Shown: positions 9,841 through 18,761 of the stretch, in pieces
Position numbering within the stretch: the stretch's first letter is position 1
Layout: each line of letters starts with the position of its first letter
Virus record (IMG/VR): IMGVR_UViG_3300044606_000094
Coordinates: 1-30,506 of that record
Direction: 5' to 3' (one strand)
Origin: a virus
DNA: 30,506 bases
Notes under the pieces: generated by a model
Told to the model about the DNA's origin: nothing
The model's database searches: none
What the model saw: the letters and a program-made list of their open reading frames with translations, nothing else
Program-made: the position numbers and the translations under genes

Positions 9841-11025
9841 TTATTTAACATCAAGGTAAGCAAATGCGGCAGGCATTGCTATTGTTATAGCTTCTGCTTG
9901 CACGAACCTAAGCCAAGTCTGGTCAGACATAAAGGCTGATACTTGACTTGTAGGGTCATAAGCATCCTGCGATACTTTAACCTGTAGCCCCTGTCTTGGA
10001 GAAATAAGTGCGTTCCTTCCAAAGTCTCCAAATAGGATAGGATATTTGCTATCTATAGCAGTTATCATATCAGAGATTTCATATCTATATCCATTTATAG
10101 TAGCGGGTGCTCCCTGAACAGGTGCGTTCCATAATGGCCTGCCTGTGTTATCTTTAAGCTTCATTATTACTTTAAGTGCATTCGTTGGAAGAACATATAT
10201 TGCATTCTGCCTATAGCCAGCAGCAATTGAAGTTTCAAGATTAACAAGGTCATCATATACCAGCGAAGCTCCAGCCATAGTATTAGCAACAACGCCTGTC
10301 TCATATCTTACACCCATAAAAGGATCTCCTGCTCCAGTATTGCCCATAAAGAGAACCCTGTCCTCTTCCTGTGCCATTGCCTCAGCGATTAGCTCAGCTA
10401 AAAATGTCTGTAAGTTTATAGCAGAATCTCTAAGCAACTCATCTGTGAGCATTAACACTGCAGCCATTACTTTCGCTTCCTGACTAACCTGTCCAAATGT
10501 TGGTTTAGTCACTGATTTAGATGAAGCTTCACTAACCCAAGATATGCTAACATTTGTAAGCTGTTTAGGGAATGTTCTTTTCCAAGTTGACATCGGGAAC
10601 AATCTTGCAATCCTTCTGCCTATACTTTCATTCTGCATTAATTTAAATACTTCGTTATTGAACTCAGTAGGAACAAGATAACCACCATTGGCAGGTGTTC
10701 CTTCACTCATCAATGTCTGATCCTTTTTCTGAACAGCTAAAATAAATTTAGCCATATCTCCGAAGTTCTTTCCATATTCAGAAGTCCAAGGTTCAGCTTT
10801 TGTATAGGCATACGGTTTATTTTTAAAGTTCTCAAACCTCTCCATAATGCCTTCTATGCTGTCAACTGGCAATGAAAAATTACTCTTCTGTGGAGTAAGT
10901 TTTTCAGCGAGTGCATTAGTTATTTTTTCAACTTCTGCACGAGTTATGAAATCTTGCTGTGATTCCATTTTCTTCCTCAACTCTGCAGATAAAGACTGCA
11001 GTTCCGCTATTAATGTCTCTGTCAT
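9841..11025 (-). CDS. Major capsid protein, HK97-like
   Basis: 394-aa; coiled-coil N-terminal delta-like region then GGYLVPTEF...RIARLFPM core; follows the prohead protease; RBS AGGAGG. Confidence 0.75.
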   Translation of the reverse strand: MTETLIAELQSLSAELRKKMESQQDFITRAEVEKITNALAEKLTPQKSNFSLPVDSIEGIMERFENFKNKPYAYTKAEPWTSEYGKNFGDMAKFILAVQKKDQTLMSEGTPANGGYLVPTEFNNEVFKLMQNESIGRRIARLFPMSTWKRTFPKQLTNVSISWVSEASSKSVTKPTFGQVSQEAKVMAAVLMLTDELLRDSAINLQTFLAELIAEAMAQEEDRVLFMGNTGAGDPFMGVRYETGVVANTMAGASLVYDDLVNLETSIAAGYRQNAIYVLPTNALKVIMKLKDNTGRPLWNAPVQGAPATINGYRYEISDMITAIDSKYPILFGDFGRNALISPRQGLQVKVSQDAYDPTSQVSAFMSDQTWLRFVQAEAITIAMPAAFAYLDVK

Positions 11026-11037
11026 TTTATATTCCTC

Positions 11038-11979
11038 CTATATCTTTTCTATTAACTCTTTTAAAGATTTTACATTCTCTTTAAATTTATCAATTTCTAT
11101 TGTTTCAGAAATATCATTCAAAACAGATTTAACAGATTCTAAATCATTTTCATCTTTTATATTTTTATTATTATCATTATTAAATTCAACATCAGCAAAG
11201 CCAAGTGCGTCAGGGTCAGCACCAACACCAACAGGTGAGATATGATATATCTTTGCATATGTCAGATGGTCAGGATGCTCTTTATCCTCATAAAACCACT
11301 GTCCAGCAATAGAAAATGCTTTTGCGTGTCCTTCTAAATAAACAGTGCGAGCATGTTTTATTTCAGGCAAATCTGAATTTGAGAAGACTGCTTTAACTCT
11401 AAGTCCTATCTCATCCTCTTCTATTTCTTTGAAACTTCCAGCTATATGCGATACTTCATTTCTATGATCCAGAAGCATAACAGGGTTCTTTTTAAACTCA
11501 GACAATTCATAAACATAATTGCGAAGGCTCGGAAACACAGTAGGAATATCGCCATATCTATCTGCTTTATTTTTTGTATTAGCATAACCTCGTATAACAA
11601 CCAAACCATTCTCTTCTGCTATTTTTAAATCAGATATATCAAAAGTTTTTACAAAAGGATTTTCTTTACTGCCTAAAATTTTTATTCCTTCTTTCATAAT
11701 AGCTCCATTAAATAATTTAGAATTTTTTAAAACCCATTCCCTTGCTTTTTCTATTGTCCATTTATCTTTATCAAATAAATATTTTTGAACCACCATTGAA
11801 CCTTCCTGACCTTCAGGTGGATTAATTAATTTACCGACAACTGCCTTTATTCCTTCCTGAGTAGATATATCAATTGTTCTAAATGAACTTTGTATAAATA
11901 ATTTTGGGTCTCTAATACGATAGTGTATATAGTCCCCTATGATTTCTGGCTCTGGCTTGTTATCTTTAGAATTATTCAT
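11038..11979 (-). CDS. Prohead protease (HK97-family-like), possibly with scaffold function
   Basis: VVIRGYANTKNKADRYGDI...LLDHRNEVSHIAG matches the prohead protease pattern; lies between portal and capsid genes. Confidence 0.6.
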   Translation of the reverse strand: MNNSKDNKPEPEIIGDYIHYRIRDPKLFIQSSFRTIDISTQEGIKAVVGKLINPPEGQEGSMVVQKYLFDKDKWTIEKAREWVLKNSKLFNGAIMKEGIKILGSKENPFVKTFDISDLKIAEENGLVVIRGYANTKNKADRYGDIPTVFPSLRNYVYELSEFKKNPVMLLDHRNEVSHIAGSFKEIEEDEIGLRVKAVFSNSDLPEIKHARTVYLEGHAKAFSIAGQWFYEDKEHPDHLTYAKIYHISPVGVGADPDALGFADVEFNNDNNKNIKDENDLESVKSVLNDISETIEIDKFKENVKSLKELIEKI

Positions 11980-11999
11980 AAATTTTTAACAAAGACAAT

Positions 12000-12028
12000 A
12001 TTATATAAAATTATTTAATTGTTGTCAA
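12000..12028 (-). promoter_or_regulatory. Sigma70-type promoter P1 (TTGACA, 17 bp, TATAAA) upstream of the prohead protease gene
   Basis: Minus-strand -35 TTGACA at 12023-12028 and -10 TATAAA at 12000-12005; short leader with no SD before ATG 11979. Confidence 0.55.
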
Positions 12029-14157
12029 GTATTTTTTTTCACAACAGGGAATATAGTGCATCTACAATTAATAGAATCACCGGGCAAACTCATATCCCCA
12101 GGGGCTTGTCCTGTCGCTCCAGTTGATAGAACAAAATCCTCATCAATAGGGATTGCTCCATGTATCCCATATCTATGTCCTGCCTCTGCATGTGCCTCAC
12201 GCGTAACCTCGTCATAAGCAGGCAACCATCCTTTGAGCTCAACCATTTCATTTTCTCTGTATGCTTCAATTGAGCCAGCATTCAAAGATGATATAACTTC
12301 AGTCTGTGCTATACGAAGCGTTCTATAATCCCGCTCCATATCAAAGACTTCAGCAACTCGTTTAGATATAACCTCTATACCTGAACCGAGAGCTATTTCT
12401 TCATCAATAACTTTCTGTAATTTTTTTCTTGTAGTGTTATTTATATTTTGAGCCCATTGAAAACATTTAAGTTTTATCCAGTCCTCTATCCTTGACTTTG
12501 ATTTTTCTTGCATAACAGGAGCATCTTTTTTAGTCCATTCTTTAAGCAATAAATTCTCTGAATCTCTGCCTTCATAAATTGATTTGCGTATATGAGGTGT
12601 CATAACTTTTTCAAGTTCTTCATCCATCTCTCTGTCTGATATACCAATATCCATTAGATTAGGTATTTGTCCTGTATATTTAGAAAGTGCTTTTAATATT
12701 TTATCTCTTTGATTATCAAAATACTTTCTAACATCTTTTTGCATCGGCTTACTTAAATTATTTGCTAATATAATAAAGCGATGATGTTTTGATTTGAGCA
12801 TAGCCCTTGATGGAGTGATATTTGCTTTATATCCTTCATCAAATTCTTTCATCATCTTTTCATAATTAAAGTTAACAGAATTAGAATTATTTCCTTCAGG
12901 CATTGAGCCAGAAGGATAAACAGACACAGGAATATAAGACACATCAGTAATGCCTTTTACTTTTGAGAAAGGCAAGTCATAGGCATCTATAAGCGTGTCC
13001 ATAGGTATGCCCATTTGCCAATATCTATTTATATAGTTAGATCGTTTTTCCTCATCAGCCCTTAAAGCCTTTATCTCTGATTCAACTATATCAAAATAAA
13101 TTTTGCCTGTTTTATCAAACAGAGGAACATAAAACTCATTTAATATCTGACATATCTTTTCAGCTTTTGGCAATATCGTAGATCGCCAATATATCTTTTC
13201 TTGCTCCTCTGAATTTGCATAATTTGCGTATTCAAATATCCCGACCATAGCAGGAGGAACGCCAAACACTGCACATATATCTTCCCTGCTCATTTTAGTT
13301 TGTAAAACGAAATCCATATCTTTTTGTGAAACGCCAAGCATTTCAACTTTTGCTCCTTTTTCAATGAATACAACGCCATGAGAATTTTTATTTCCTTTAT
13401 ATTGCTGATTCCAATTTTCACGCATACGATTGCGTTGCTGTTGTGAGAGAGGATTAGGTGCAACAATAGCAATATCAGGACGAGCAGAATTTTTAAGAAA
13501 ATTAAGATTCCATTTGCTACCTGCATTATGTGTTTCTACTCCAATGCGTGCTGCAGCAAGAGGTGCAAGTCCATAGTGATAATCAAGAGGATTAAAGTTT
13601 TTAAAATGTATTATTTCCTCTGGCTTAAATATTATAGATTTTCCATTAACCAAATACTCATAACCTTTTATAAATTCGTTTGGATTATCAGATTTCAAAA
13701 TCTTTACATATGAAGGAATCAAAGGCCAGATCATAGTTGGAATACCTTTTGAATTATTAACTTCTAATTTCCAGTAAGCATTCCCAGTAAGCTCAAGACC
13801 GCCCTGTGTCCATTCAAGTAAATCAGACATTGTCATCTGATTATTAACTTTGTAAAGCAAATCAAGAGCAGGATGCTCATATATAGTTTCATCTTTTTCA
13901 TTGTAGAGAGCGATAGGAACAGAACTTATATCTTGTATAATTCTATGAACACAATTAAAAACCCATATGCTATCAGCATAAGCCTTTAAATAAGAATCAT
14001 AAGAATTTTGAGAGGGAGAAGGCAATTCATCATCAAGCTCAAATAATTCTGAATAGGTAGGACTTAAAAAAGATTTTTCTTTTGATGTGAATATATTTTT
14101 AATATTTTTAGCACTTCTGATTATTTTTTCAAACATTTGAATATTATAGTAAAACAA
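12025..14157 (-). CDS. Portal protein fused to a C-terminal SPP1 gp7-like (Mu F-like) head morphogenesis domain; likely start ATG at 14136
   Basis: 710-aa ORF after TerL. C-terminus KGWLPAYDEVTREAHAEAGHRYG...INCRCT matches the gp7 / Mu F family signature. The listed start is TTG; the first ATG is at 14136. Confidence 0.65.
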   Translation of the reverse strand: MFYYNIQMFEKIIRSAKNIKNIFTSKEKSFLSPTYSELFELDDELPSPSQNSYDSYLKAYADSIWVFNCVHRIIQDISSVPIALYNEKDETIYEHPALDLLYKVNNQMTMSDLLEWTQGGLELTGNAYWKLEVNNSKGIPTMIWPLIPSYVKILKSDNPNEFIKGYEYLVNGKSIIFKPEEIIHFKNFNPLDYHYGLAPLAAARIGVETHNAGSKWNLNFLKNSARPDIAIVAPNPLSQQQRNRMRENWNQQYKGNKNSHGVVFIEKGAKVEMLGVSQKDMDFVLQTKMSREDICAVFGVPPAMVGIFEYANYANSEEQEKIYWRSTILPKAEKICQILNEFYVPLFDKTGKIYFDIVESEIKALRADEEKRSNYINRYWQMGIPMDTLIDAYDLPFSKVKGITDVSYIPVSVYPSGSMPEGNNSNSVNFNYEKMMKEFDEGYKANITPSRAMLKSKHHRFIILANNLSKPMQKDVRKYFDNQRDKILKALSKYTGQIPNLMDIGISDREMDEELEKVMTPHIRKSIYEGRDSENLLLKEWTKKDAPVMQEKSKSRIEDWIKLKCFQWAQNINNTTRKKLQKVIDEEIALGSGIEVISKRVAEVFDMERDYRTLRIAQTEVISSLNAGSIEAYRENEMVELKGWLPAYDEVTREAHAEAGHRYGIHGAIPIDEDFVLSTGATGQAPGDMSLPGDSINCRCTIFPVVKKNT

Positions 14158-14171
14158 AAATATTTTGTCAA
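14143..14171 (-). promoter_or_regulatory. Sigma70-type promoter P2 (TTGACA, 17 bp, TATAAT), probably giving a leaderless portal mRNA
   Basis: -35 at 14166-14171, -10 at 14143-14148, then 6 nt to ATG 14136 with no SD. Confidence 0.55.
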
Positions 14172-14196
14172 GAACTATTTTTTATTTTAGTTTGGA

Positions 14197-15663
14197 TTAG
14201 TTTATATAACTTGCTCCGCCATTCTCTGATGCTGAACAAGCAAGAGCACAAGACCAAAAAGCATCGCCGTGTCCTTCATGAGTTTCAGGAGCATGCAAAT
14301 CATTATCAACTGATAATATTTGATTTTTCTGACGAATATCAGGCAAAAGGATTATAGTCGGTTCTGGCTTTGCTCTCACTCTGCTTTCAAATAATGCAGC
14401 TATTTCGTTTTTACTTTTAGATGTAAAGACAACAGGCTCCATACATTCAGGCAAAGCTCCCTTTTCAAAATAGCTTTCAAATTCACTTCTTGAATTATCA
14501 TATTGTAAACAAGTGATAGGTATATTATTACAAAGCTCTGTAAGATATTCAATCTGTTCTGAATAGTCCCAACCATCCATCCATTTAGAAAATATTTGAA
14601 TAAGTTTATTTTTCTTACTCTTAAATAAAACTAAATGGCTCGGATGTCTTTTCTTACCAATATCAAAACCACCGTATATCTCTTCATCATCAGCTATCTC
14701 AAAAGTATCAGGGTCTATTTCTTTTAAATCATAATCAATAACATCATTTAATTCTGCGTGTGTGAAATAACCCTCCTCACCACGAACAGGCATACATAGA
14801 TACTCTTTATTAAAAGCCTTCTCGCTTGAGATGTCAGCCTTTATTCGTTCCAATTCTTCAAGAGGAAATTTTTCAGGCCACAATGATTTTTTTATTCCAT
14901 TCTCTACATAGATTGCTGGCTCTGTCTTACAATAGAACCCTGGCCTCTTTTTATTTTGATTAAACAAATCTGTAGGGTCTTGGCTCGTTCCCCAGCAGTG
15001 TAAAAAACCACCCTGTTTAGGCATTGACATAATCTCTTCCTCAAATATCCTTGAAATCTCTTTCATTTCTTCAAGATTAATTTTTCTTTGTGTAGCATCT
15101 TTTAAAATATCATCACATATCACACCGTCAGGGTGCATACCTCTCTTTGCTCCTCTAACTCCAAATGGGATGATGCGAAGTGTTATATCTGTCTTTGGCC
15201 ATCTACAATATATCACACTATCGGCAGGGCTTAACCATTCAATATTTTTTAGTTCAGTTATCTGAAGCATATAATCTTTTATTTTCCTTGTATGATAGAC
15301 TGCTAAATCTTGCTTGTAAGAAAAATATAATATTTCATATGATTTTACTTTTCTAAAAAAAAGCCAGATACAAAAGGCATGTAATACCTCTGATTTGCCA
15401 TGCAAGCGGGCTGATTCTTTTGAAGTGAAATTATAATGTTGTAATTCATCACACCATCTATAAATATGTTGTCCAGATAAGAAAACATCATTATTTTTTA
15501 TTATTGCTTCTGACCAGATATGATTATAGAAATATTTAAATTCAGTAGTGGCTATGTTTTTTACTAATTGATTCTTGTATCTTTTTAATCTCTTCAATCT
15601 CTCTATCAATTGATTTGTTGATTTCATTGATGTCATCAGATAAATCCTCATTTGATACATCAA
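14197..15663 (-). CDS. terL: Terminase large subunit
   Basis: 488-aa; N-terminal ATPase-like region (RLHGKSE, GVICDDIL) and C-terminal acidic nuclease-like region (HEGHGDAFWSCALA); sits between TerS and portal. Confidence 0.7.
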   Translation of the reverse strand: MMYQMRIYLMTSMKSTNQLIERLKRLKRYKNQLVKNIATTEFKYFYNHIWSEAIIKNNDVFLSGQHIYRWCDELQHYNFTSKESARLHGKSEVLHAFCIWLFFRKVKSYEILYFSYKQDLAVYHTRKIKDYMLQITELKNIEWLSPADSVIYCRWPKTDITLRIIPFGVRGAKRGMHPDGVICDDILKDATQRKINLEEMKEISRIFEEEIMSMPKQGGFLHCWGTSQDPTDLFNQNKKRPGFYCKTEPAIYVENGIKKSLWPEKFPLEELERIKADISSEKAFNKEYLCMPVRGEEGYFTHAELNDVIDYDLKEIDPDTFEIADDEEIYGGFDIGKKRHPSHLVLFKSKKNKLIQIFSKWMDGWDYSEQIEYLTELCNNIPITCLQYDNSRSEFESYFEKGALPECMEPVVFTSKSKNEIAALFESRVRAKPEPTIILLPDIRQKNQILSVDNDLHAPETHEGHGDAFWSCALACSASENGGASYIN

Positions 15664-15982
15664 GCTCGCCAGATAATTCTAACTTTTGTTTAATAGCAAA
15701 TTCATCTGGACGCTTGCGTTCTAAATATTTGAATGCTAACTCCGCATTACCTTCGTTAATTGCTTTATGTAAAGTATTCCTCGCATTTAATACGGGTTTC
15801 TCTAATAGCATTTCTTTCCGTTCGGATATTTTGGGATTTCTTTTTAAAAAATCGGATAATGCAGCCTTTGAAATACCTGCAAAATAAGCTGCTTCTGCAT
15901 CACTACACCCCAAAGCCCAAGCCGTCTCTAATTTCTGAATTGTAATTTTATAATCTTTTCCATCAAATTGTTTTCGACCCAT
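15542..15982 (-). CDS. terS: Terminase small subunit (HTH-containing)
   Basis: N-terminal LETAWALGCSDAEAAYFAGISKAAL HTH and acidic coiled-coil C-terminus; immediately upstream of TerL and overlapping its start. Confidence 0.55.
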   Translation of the reverse strand: MGRKQFDGKDYKITIQKLETAWALGCSDAEAAYFAGISKAALSDFLKRNPKISERKEMLLEKPVLNARNTLHKAINEGNAELAFKYLERKRPDEFAIKQKLELSGELDVSNEDLSDDINEINKSIDREIEEIKKIQESISKKHSHY

Positions 15983-15988
15983 AGCAAT

Positions 15989-16017
15989 AGTATAATCAAT
16001 TATTTATTGTTTGTCAA
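15989..16017 (-). promoter_or_regulatory. Sigma70-type promoter P3 (TTGACA, 17 bp, TATACT), probably giving a leaderless TerS mRNA
   Basis: -35 at 16012-16017, -10 at 15989-15994, 6 nt to ATG 15982, no SD. Confidence 0.55.
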
Positions 16018-16031
16018 GTTTTTTCTATAAA

Positions 16032-16298
16032 TTAATTTATTAGTGTGAAAACTATTTTTTCAAAAATACCAGTATAATTTGGATAGAGATTATCATAAAC
16101 CTCCTTCATTTCAGGAGGGATTAAAAATTGTGTCTTATCAATTATTTTTACTTTGGCGAAAGGTGGACGTGGTCCTACTGTTAAAGTAATAATTTCTCCT
16201 ATATTAGGATTTCTGTTACTTTTTTTACGAATAGTATAATTTTTTTCACCTGACAATATTGGTTTAACATATTTCTCTTTGAACCATAAAGATTTCAT
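16032..16298 (-). CDS. ASCH (PUA-like) domain protein
   Basis: 88-aa; KYVKPILSGEKNYTIRK resembles the ASCH core; strong RBS AGGAGG; start overlaps the stop of the upstream gene (ATGA). Confidence 0.55.
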   Translation of the reverse strand: MKSLWFKEKYVKPILSGEKNYTIRKKSNRNPNIGEIITLTVGPRPPFAKVKIIDKTQFLIPPEMKEVYDNLYPNYTGIFEKIVFTLIN

Positions 16299-17377
16299 TT
16301 TCTACCTCCTATATATCTAAATGAAGCCGTAAGTCTCCTAAAAGATGAAATTTTTTTATGCATAATATTATTAGGAGTACAATGTCCTAATCTCCTTAAT
16401 TGCCATTTAGGACTTCTTGAACGATGAAAAATCATAGCAGGATGAGATGTTGTAGATATAAAAATAAATCCTTTTTTAGTTAAATAATTACCTAACCATT
16501 CTGATAATATATTGCCTATTCCAAGCCCCTGATAATCTGGTAAAACTACTGTTCTATGTTCTCTTTTATACTTCATACTTGAAGAATGAGGAAAATGAAT
16601 ATAACTGGTAAAAGCAACTGGTTTATTTTCCCAATAAGCAACAAAACATTGTGCTTGATCCGCTATATCAGCACTTAAATAATGATTTCCTCTAAAAATT
16701 TTCCACATACTTCTATCTGTTTTATAGATTTTGAGTTTAATTTTGGGGCGTCCTTGAAGAGACCTCCAATTAAATTCATTTTTTGTAACATCATAAATCC
16801 AATCAGGTTGTAACCATTCAATAATATCATAATGACAAGATAATAAAACTATTTTTTTATCTGGAAAATTTTTACGAAAAACTTTTTGAAGACAATGAGA
16901 TACTGTTTTTGCAACATCTCTATCTATAACAGAAGTAAATTCATCTATTACTATATTCTTATATTCGCTTAATATAACTCGCACCAAATCTACCCTAAAT
17001 TTTTGTCCATTTGAAAGTGTATGCCAAGATTTAAGCCACGCTACTGGAGAACTTAAACCAATATTATTTAATACTTCTATAATTTTTTTTATTGGAATAT
17101 CTTTATTAAAATCATTTAAAAAAGAATCATCTTTTTTCCATTTAAATCCTGTTATCATTTTAAAATCTTTAAAAATCTCAGAAGCAATAACTGTTTTACC
17201 TGAACCTGAATTACCAACAATTAATCCTATATTCCATTTTTTATTTTCTAATGGCAATGAAACATCCCATTCGTGTTTTACTTCAGTCATATTAGGAATA
17301 TCAAATATTCCAATTACACTATCAACTCTATAACTCTTTTTCACTGGAGTGGTTCTTACAATGTGATAATTCGGCAT
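16295..17377 (-). CDS. ABC-type ATPase domain fused to a GNAT-like acyltransferase domain
   Basis: Walker A GNSGSGKT, ABC signature-like LSNGQKFRVDLVRVIL, Walker B IVIDEF, H-loop-like LLSCHYD; C-terminal VVLPDYQGLGIGNILSEWL resembles GNAT motif A. Confidence 0.55.
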   Translation of the reverse strand: MPNYHIVRTTPVKKSYRVDSVIGIFDIPNMTEVKHEWDVSLPLENKKWNIGLIVGNSGSGKTVIASEIFKDFKMITGFKWKKDDSFLNDFNKDIPIKKIIEVLNNIGLSSPVAWLKSWHTLSNGQKFRVDLVRVILSEYKNIVIDEFTSVIDRDVAKTVSHCLQKVFRKNFPDKKIVLLSCHYDIIEWLQPDWIYDVTKNEFNWRSLQGRPKIKLKIYKTDRSMWKIFRGNHYLSADIADQAQCFVAYWENKPVAFTSYIHFPHSSSMKYKREHRTVVLPDYQGLGIGNILSEWLGNYLTKKGFIFISTTSHPAMIFHRSRSPKWQLRRLGHCTPNNIMHKKISSFRRLTASFRYIGGRK

Positions 17378-17880
17378 TTTTTCCCCTTTTTTGTAAATTC
17401 TTCATATATTTCTCTTTGCTCATTTTCATCTTCACAAGTAATAACAACTTCAAAAATAGATATTAACTCTGGTATTTTAATATTTGGTGTATTAACATCT
17501 ATATCAAAGCCAACTTCTACAAGCATTTCTTTTGAAAATTTAGAATTAAGTATTTCCATATCCCAATCTCCGACATTCTTATTTGAACGAAGATTATACT
17601 CTTTCAATTCATTTTCAGTTAACTTTCTGCTTGGAACTCTGACATCAATATATTCATCACCTCTGCCTAAAGCCTGCATTATCTTTAATCTTTGATGACC
17701 TGCGATTATTGTATTGTCAGTATTGATTGCGGGTATTTCAGCAAGATTAAATTTTTCAAGACTTTTAGTCAACTGTTTTTCTTGCTCGGGTGTGATTTTG
17801 CGAGGATTATGTTGGTAAGGTATCAAATCTGATATCTTCCTTTTTTCTGTTTTCCAGAATAAACTTTTATTTTTTTTCAT
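17356..17880 (-). CDS. ParB-like nuclease domain protein
   Basis: LIPYQHNPRKITPEQ...IPAINTDNTIIAGHQRLKIMQALG matches the ParB N-terminal (sulfiredoxin-like) core; overlaps the start of the next gene by 22 nt. Confidence 0.7.
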   Translation of the reverse strand: MKKNKSLFWKTEKRKISDLIPYQHNPRKITPEQEKQLTKSLEKFNLAEIPAINTDNTIIAGHQRLKIMQALGRGDEYIDVRVPSRKLTENELKEYNLRSNKNVGDWDMEILNSKFSKEMLVEVGFDIDVNTPNIKIPELISIFEVVITCEDENEQREIYEEFTKKGKKCRIITL

Positions 17881-18095
17881 ATTAATTTTATCCTATCTTT
17901 TATTTTATCATTTTTTAATAGAGTTTCAAAAACATCATTTGTTATCATAAAAAACATTAAAGAAATATGCTTGCCATAATTTATCAAATAACATTCACGG
18001 CAAGGATAAACATATTTTTTATTTATAATCAATTCTGCCTTTTCATTATCTAATAAAAACTTCTCTATTTGTTCTATACCAGTTAAATTAATCAT
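17877..18095 (-). CDS. Hypothetical protein
   Basis: 72-aa ORF in a tight gene run. Confidence 0.35.
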   Translation of the reverse strand: MINLTGIEQIEKFLLDNEKAELIINKKYVYPCRECYLINYGKHISLMFFMITNDVFETLLKNDKIKDRIKLI

Positions 18096-18098
18096 ATA

Positions 18099-18374
18099 TT
18101 ACTTCTTTATACTTTTATACCAATCAAACAATTTTTTATTTAACTTGATGATATAGTAATGATTATTTTTACGAGGGTCTTCATAGTCTATCATACCTAT
18201 TTCCCTCATATTTCTCAAATACCTGCTAACAGATAGACATCCATCACCATTAGGTATTATATCCCTCTCAACCCCTTTTGTATGGATCATAAGCATATTA
18301 TTTTTACTCCTATGCTGGATGAGAAACTTAACTATACTTTTTTCTATCTCTGTTTTTTCTGTGAATGAAAACAT
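18099..18374 (-). CDS. Hypothetical protein (possible winged-helix DNA binder)
   Basis: 91-aa basic ORF with RBS AGGAGG. Confidence 0.35.
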   Translation of the reverse strand: MFSFTEKTEIEKSIVKFLIQHRSKNNMLMIHTKGVERDIIPNGDGCLSVSRYLRNMREIGMIDYEDPRKNNHYYIIKLNKKLFDWYKSIKK

Positions 18375-18375
18375 A

Positions 18376-18534
18376 TTAATCCTCCTTTTTATTTACAATC
18401 TTTTCATATATAGATTGTAATTTATTTAACCAAAAATTTATGACAGGAATTAATTCATTTCCAATTGCTTCTTTTAAATCACATAATTTATTATTAAAAT
18501 CTTCCAATTTACCGATTTCATTTTCTTTTTTCAT
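18376..18534 (-). CDS. Small ORF not in the track (about 52 aa, MKKENEIGKLEDFNNKLCDLKEAIGNELIPVINFWLNKLQSIYEKIVNKKED)
   Basis: RBS AAGGAGG then ATG at 18532-18534; fills the whole gap between flanking genes; shares a diverged segment of about 100 bp with the tape-measure gene (5427-5525). Confidence 0.4.
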   Translation of the reverse strand: MKKENEIGKLEDFNNKLCDLKEAIGNELIPVINFWLNKLQSIYEKIVNKKED

Positions 18535-18721
18535 TTTTCCTCCTTTTATAAGCAATTGTTTTATTATATACTAATGTGTAATATTCAGTTCCATCTGATT
18601 TACATCCTTTGCATTTAAAATTGCATTCAAGAATATTACCCTCAATTGTCATAGAATAAAACGATATTTTTCTACCACATACAGGACAAGTGCCATTTAT
18701 TTTTCCTATATATTCTTTCAT
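18518..18721 (-). CDS. Zinc-ribbon small protein
   Basis: 67-aa with CPVCG ... CNFKCKGC cysteine pairs. Confidence 0.45.
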   Translation of the reverse strand: MKEYIGKINGTCPVCGRKISFYSMTIEGNILECNFKCKGCKSDGTEYYTLVYNKTIAYKRRKNEKRK

Positions 18722-18761
18722 TATATTGTTTCTCCAGTGTTAATCAAACTTCTGCCACAAA

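Noticed and set aside
10847-11245. Plus-strand 132-aa ORF antisense to the capsid/protease junction
   Set aside because: Ser-rich low-complexity product antisense to well-supported genes, no RBS.
12090-12281. Nested minus-strand ORFs inside the portal gene (also 13290-13526)
   Set aside because: Out-of-frame ORFs fully contained in a long conserved gene; no independent RBS.
15542-15663. TerS/TerL overlap as a programmed frameshift
   Set aside because: TerL has its own in-frame ATG codons; overlapping terminase genes are common and no slippery site was seen.
17273-17695. Plus-strand 140-aa ORF antisense to the ParB-like and ATPase genes
   Set aside because: Antisense, Ser/Phe/Ile-rich, no RBS; the minus-strand genes carry clear catalytic motifs.
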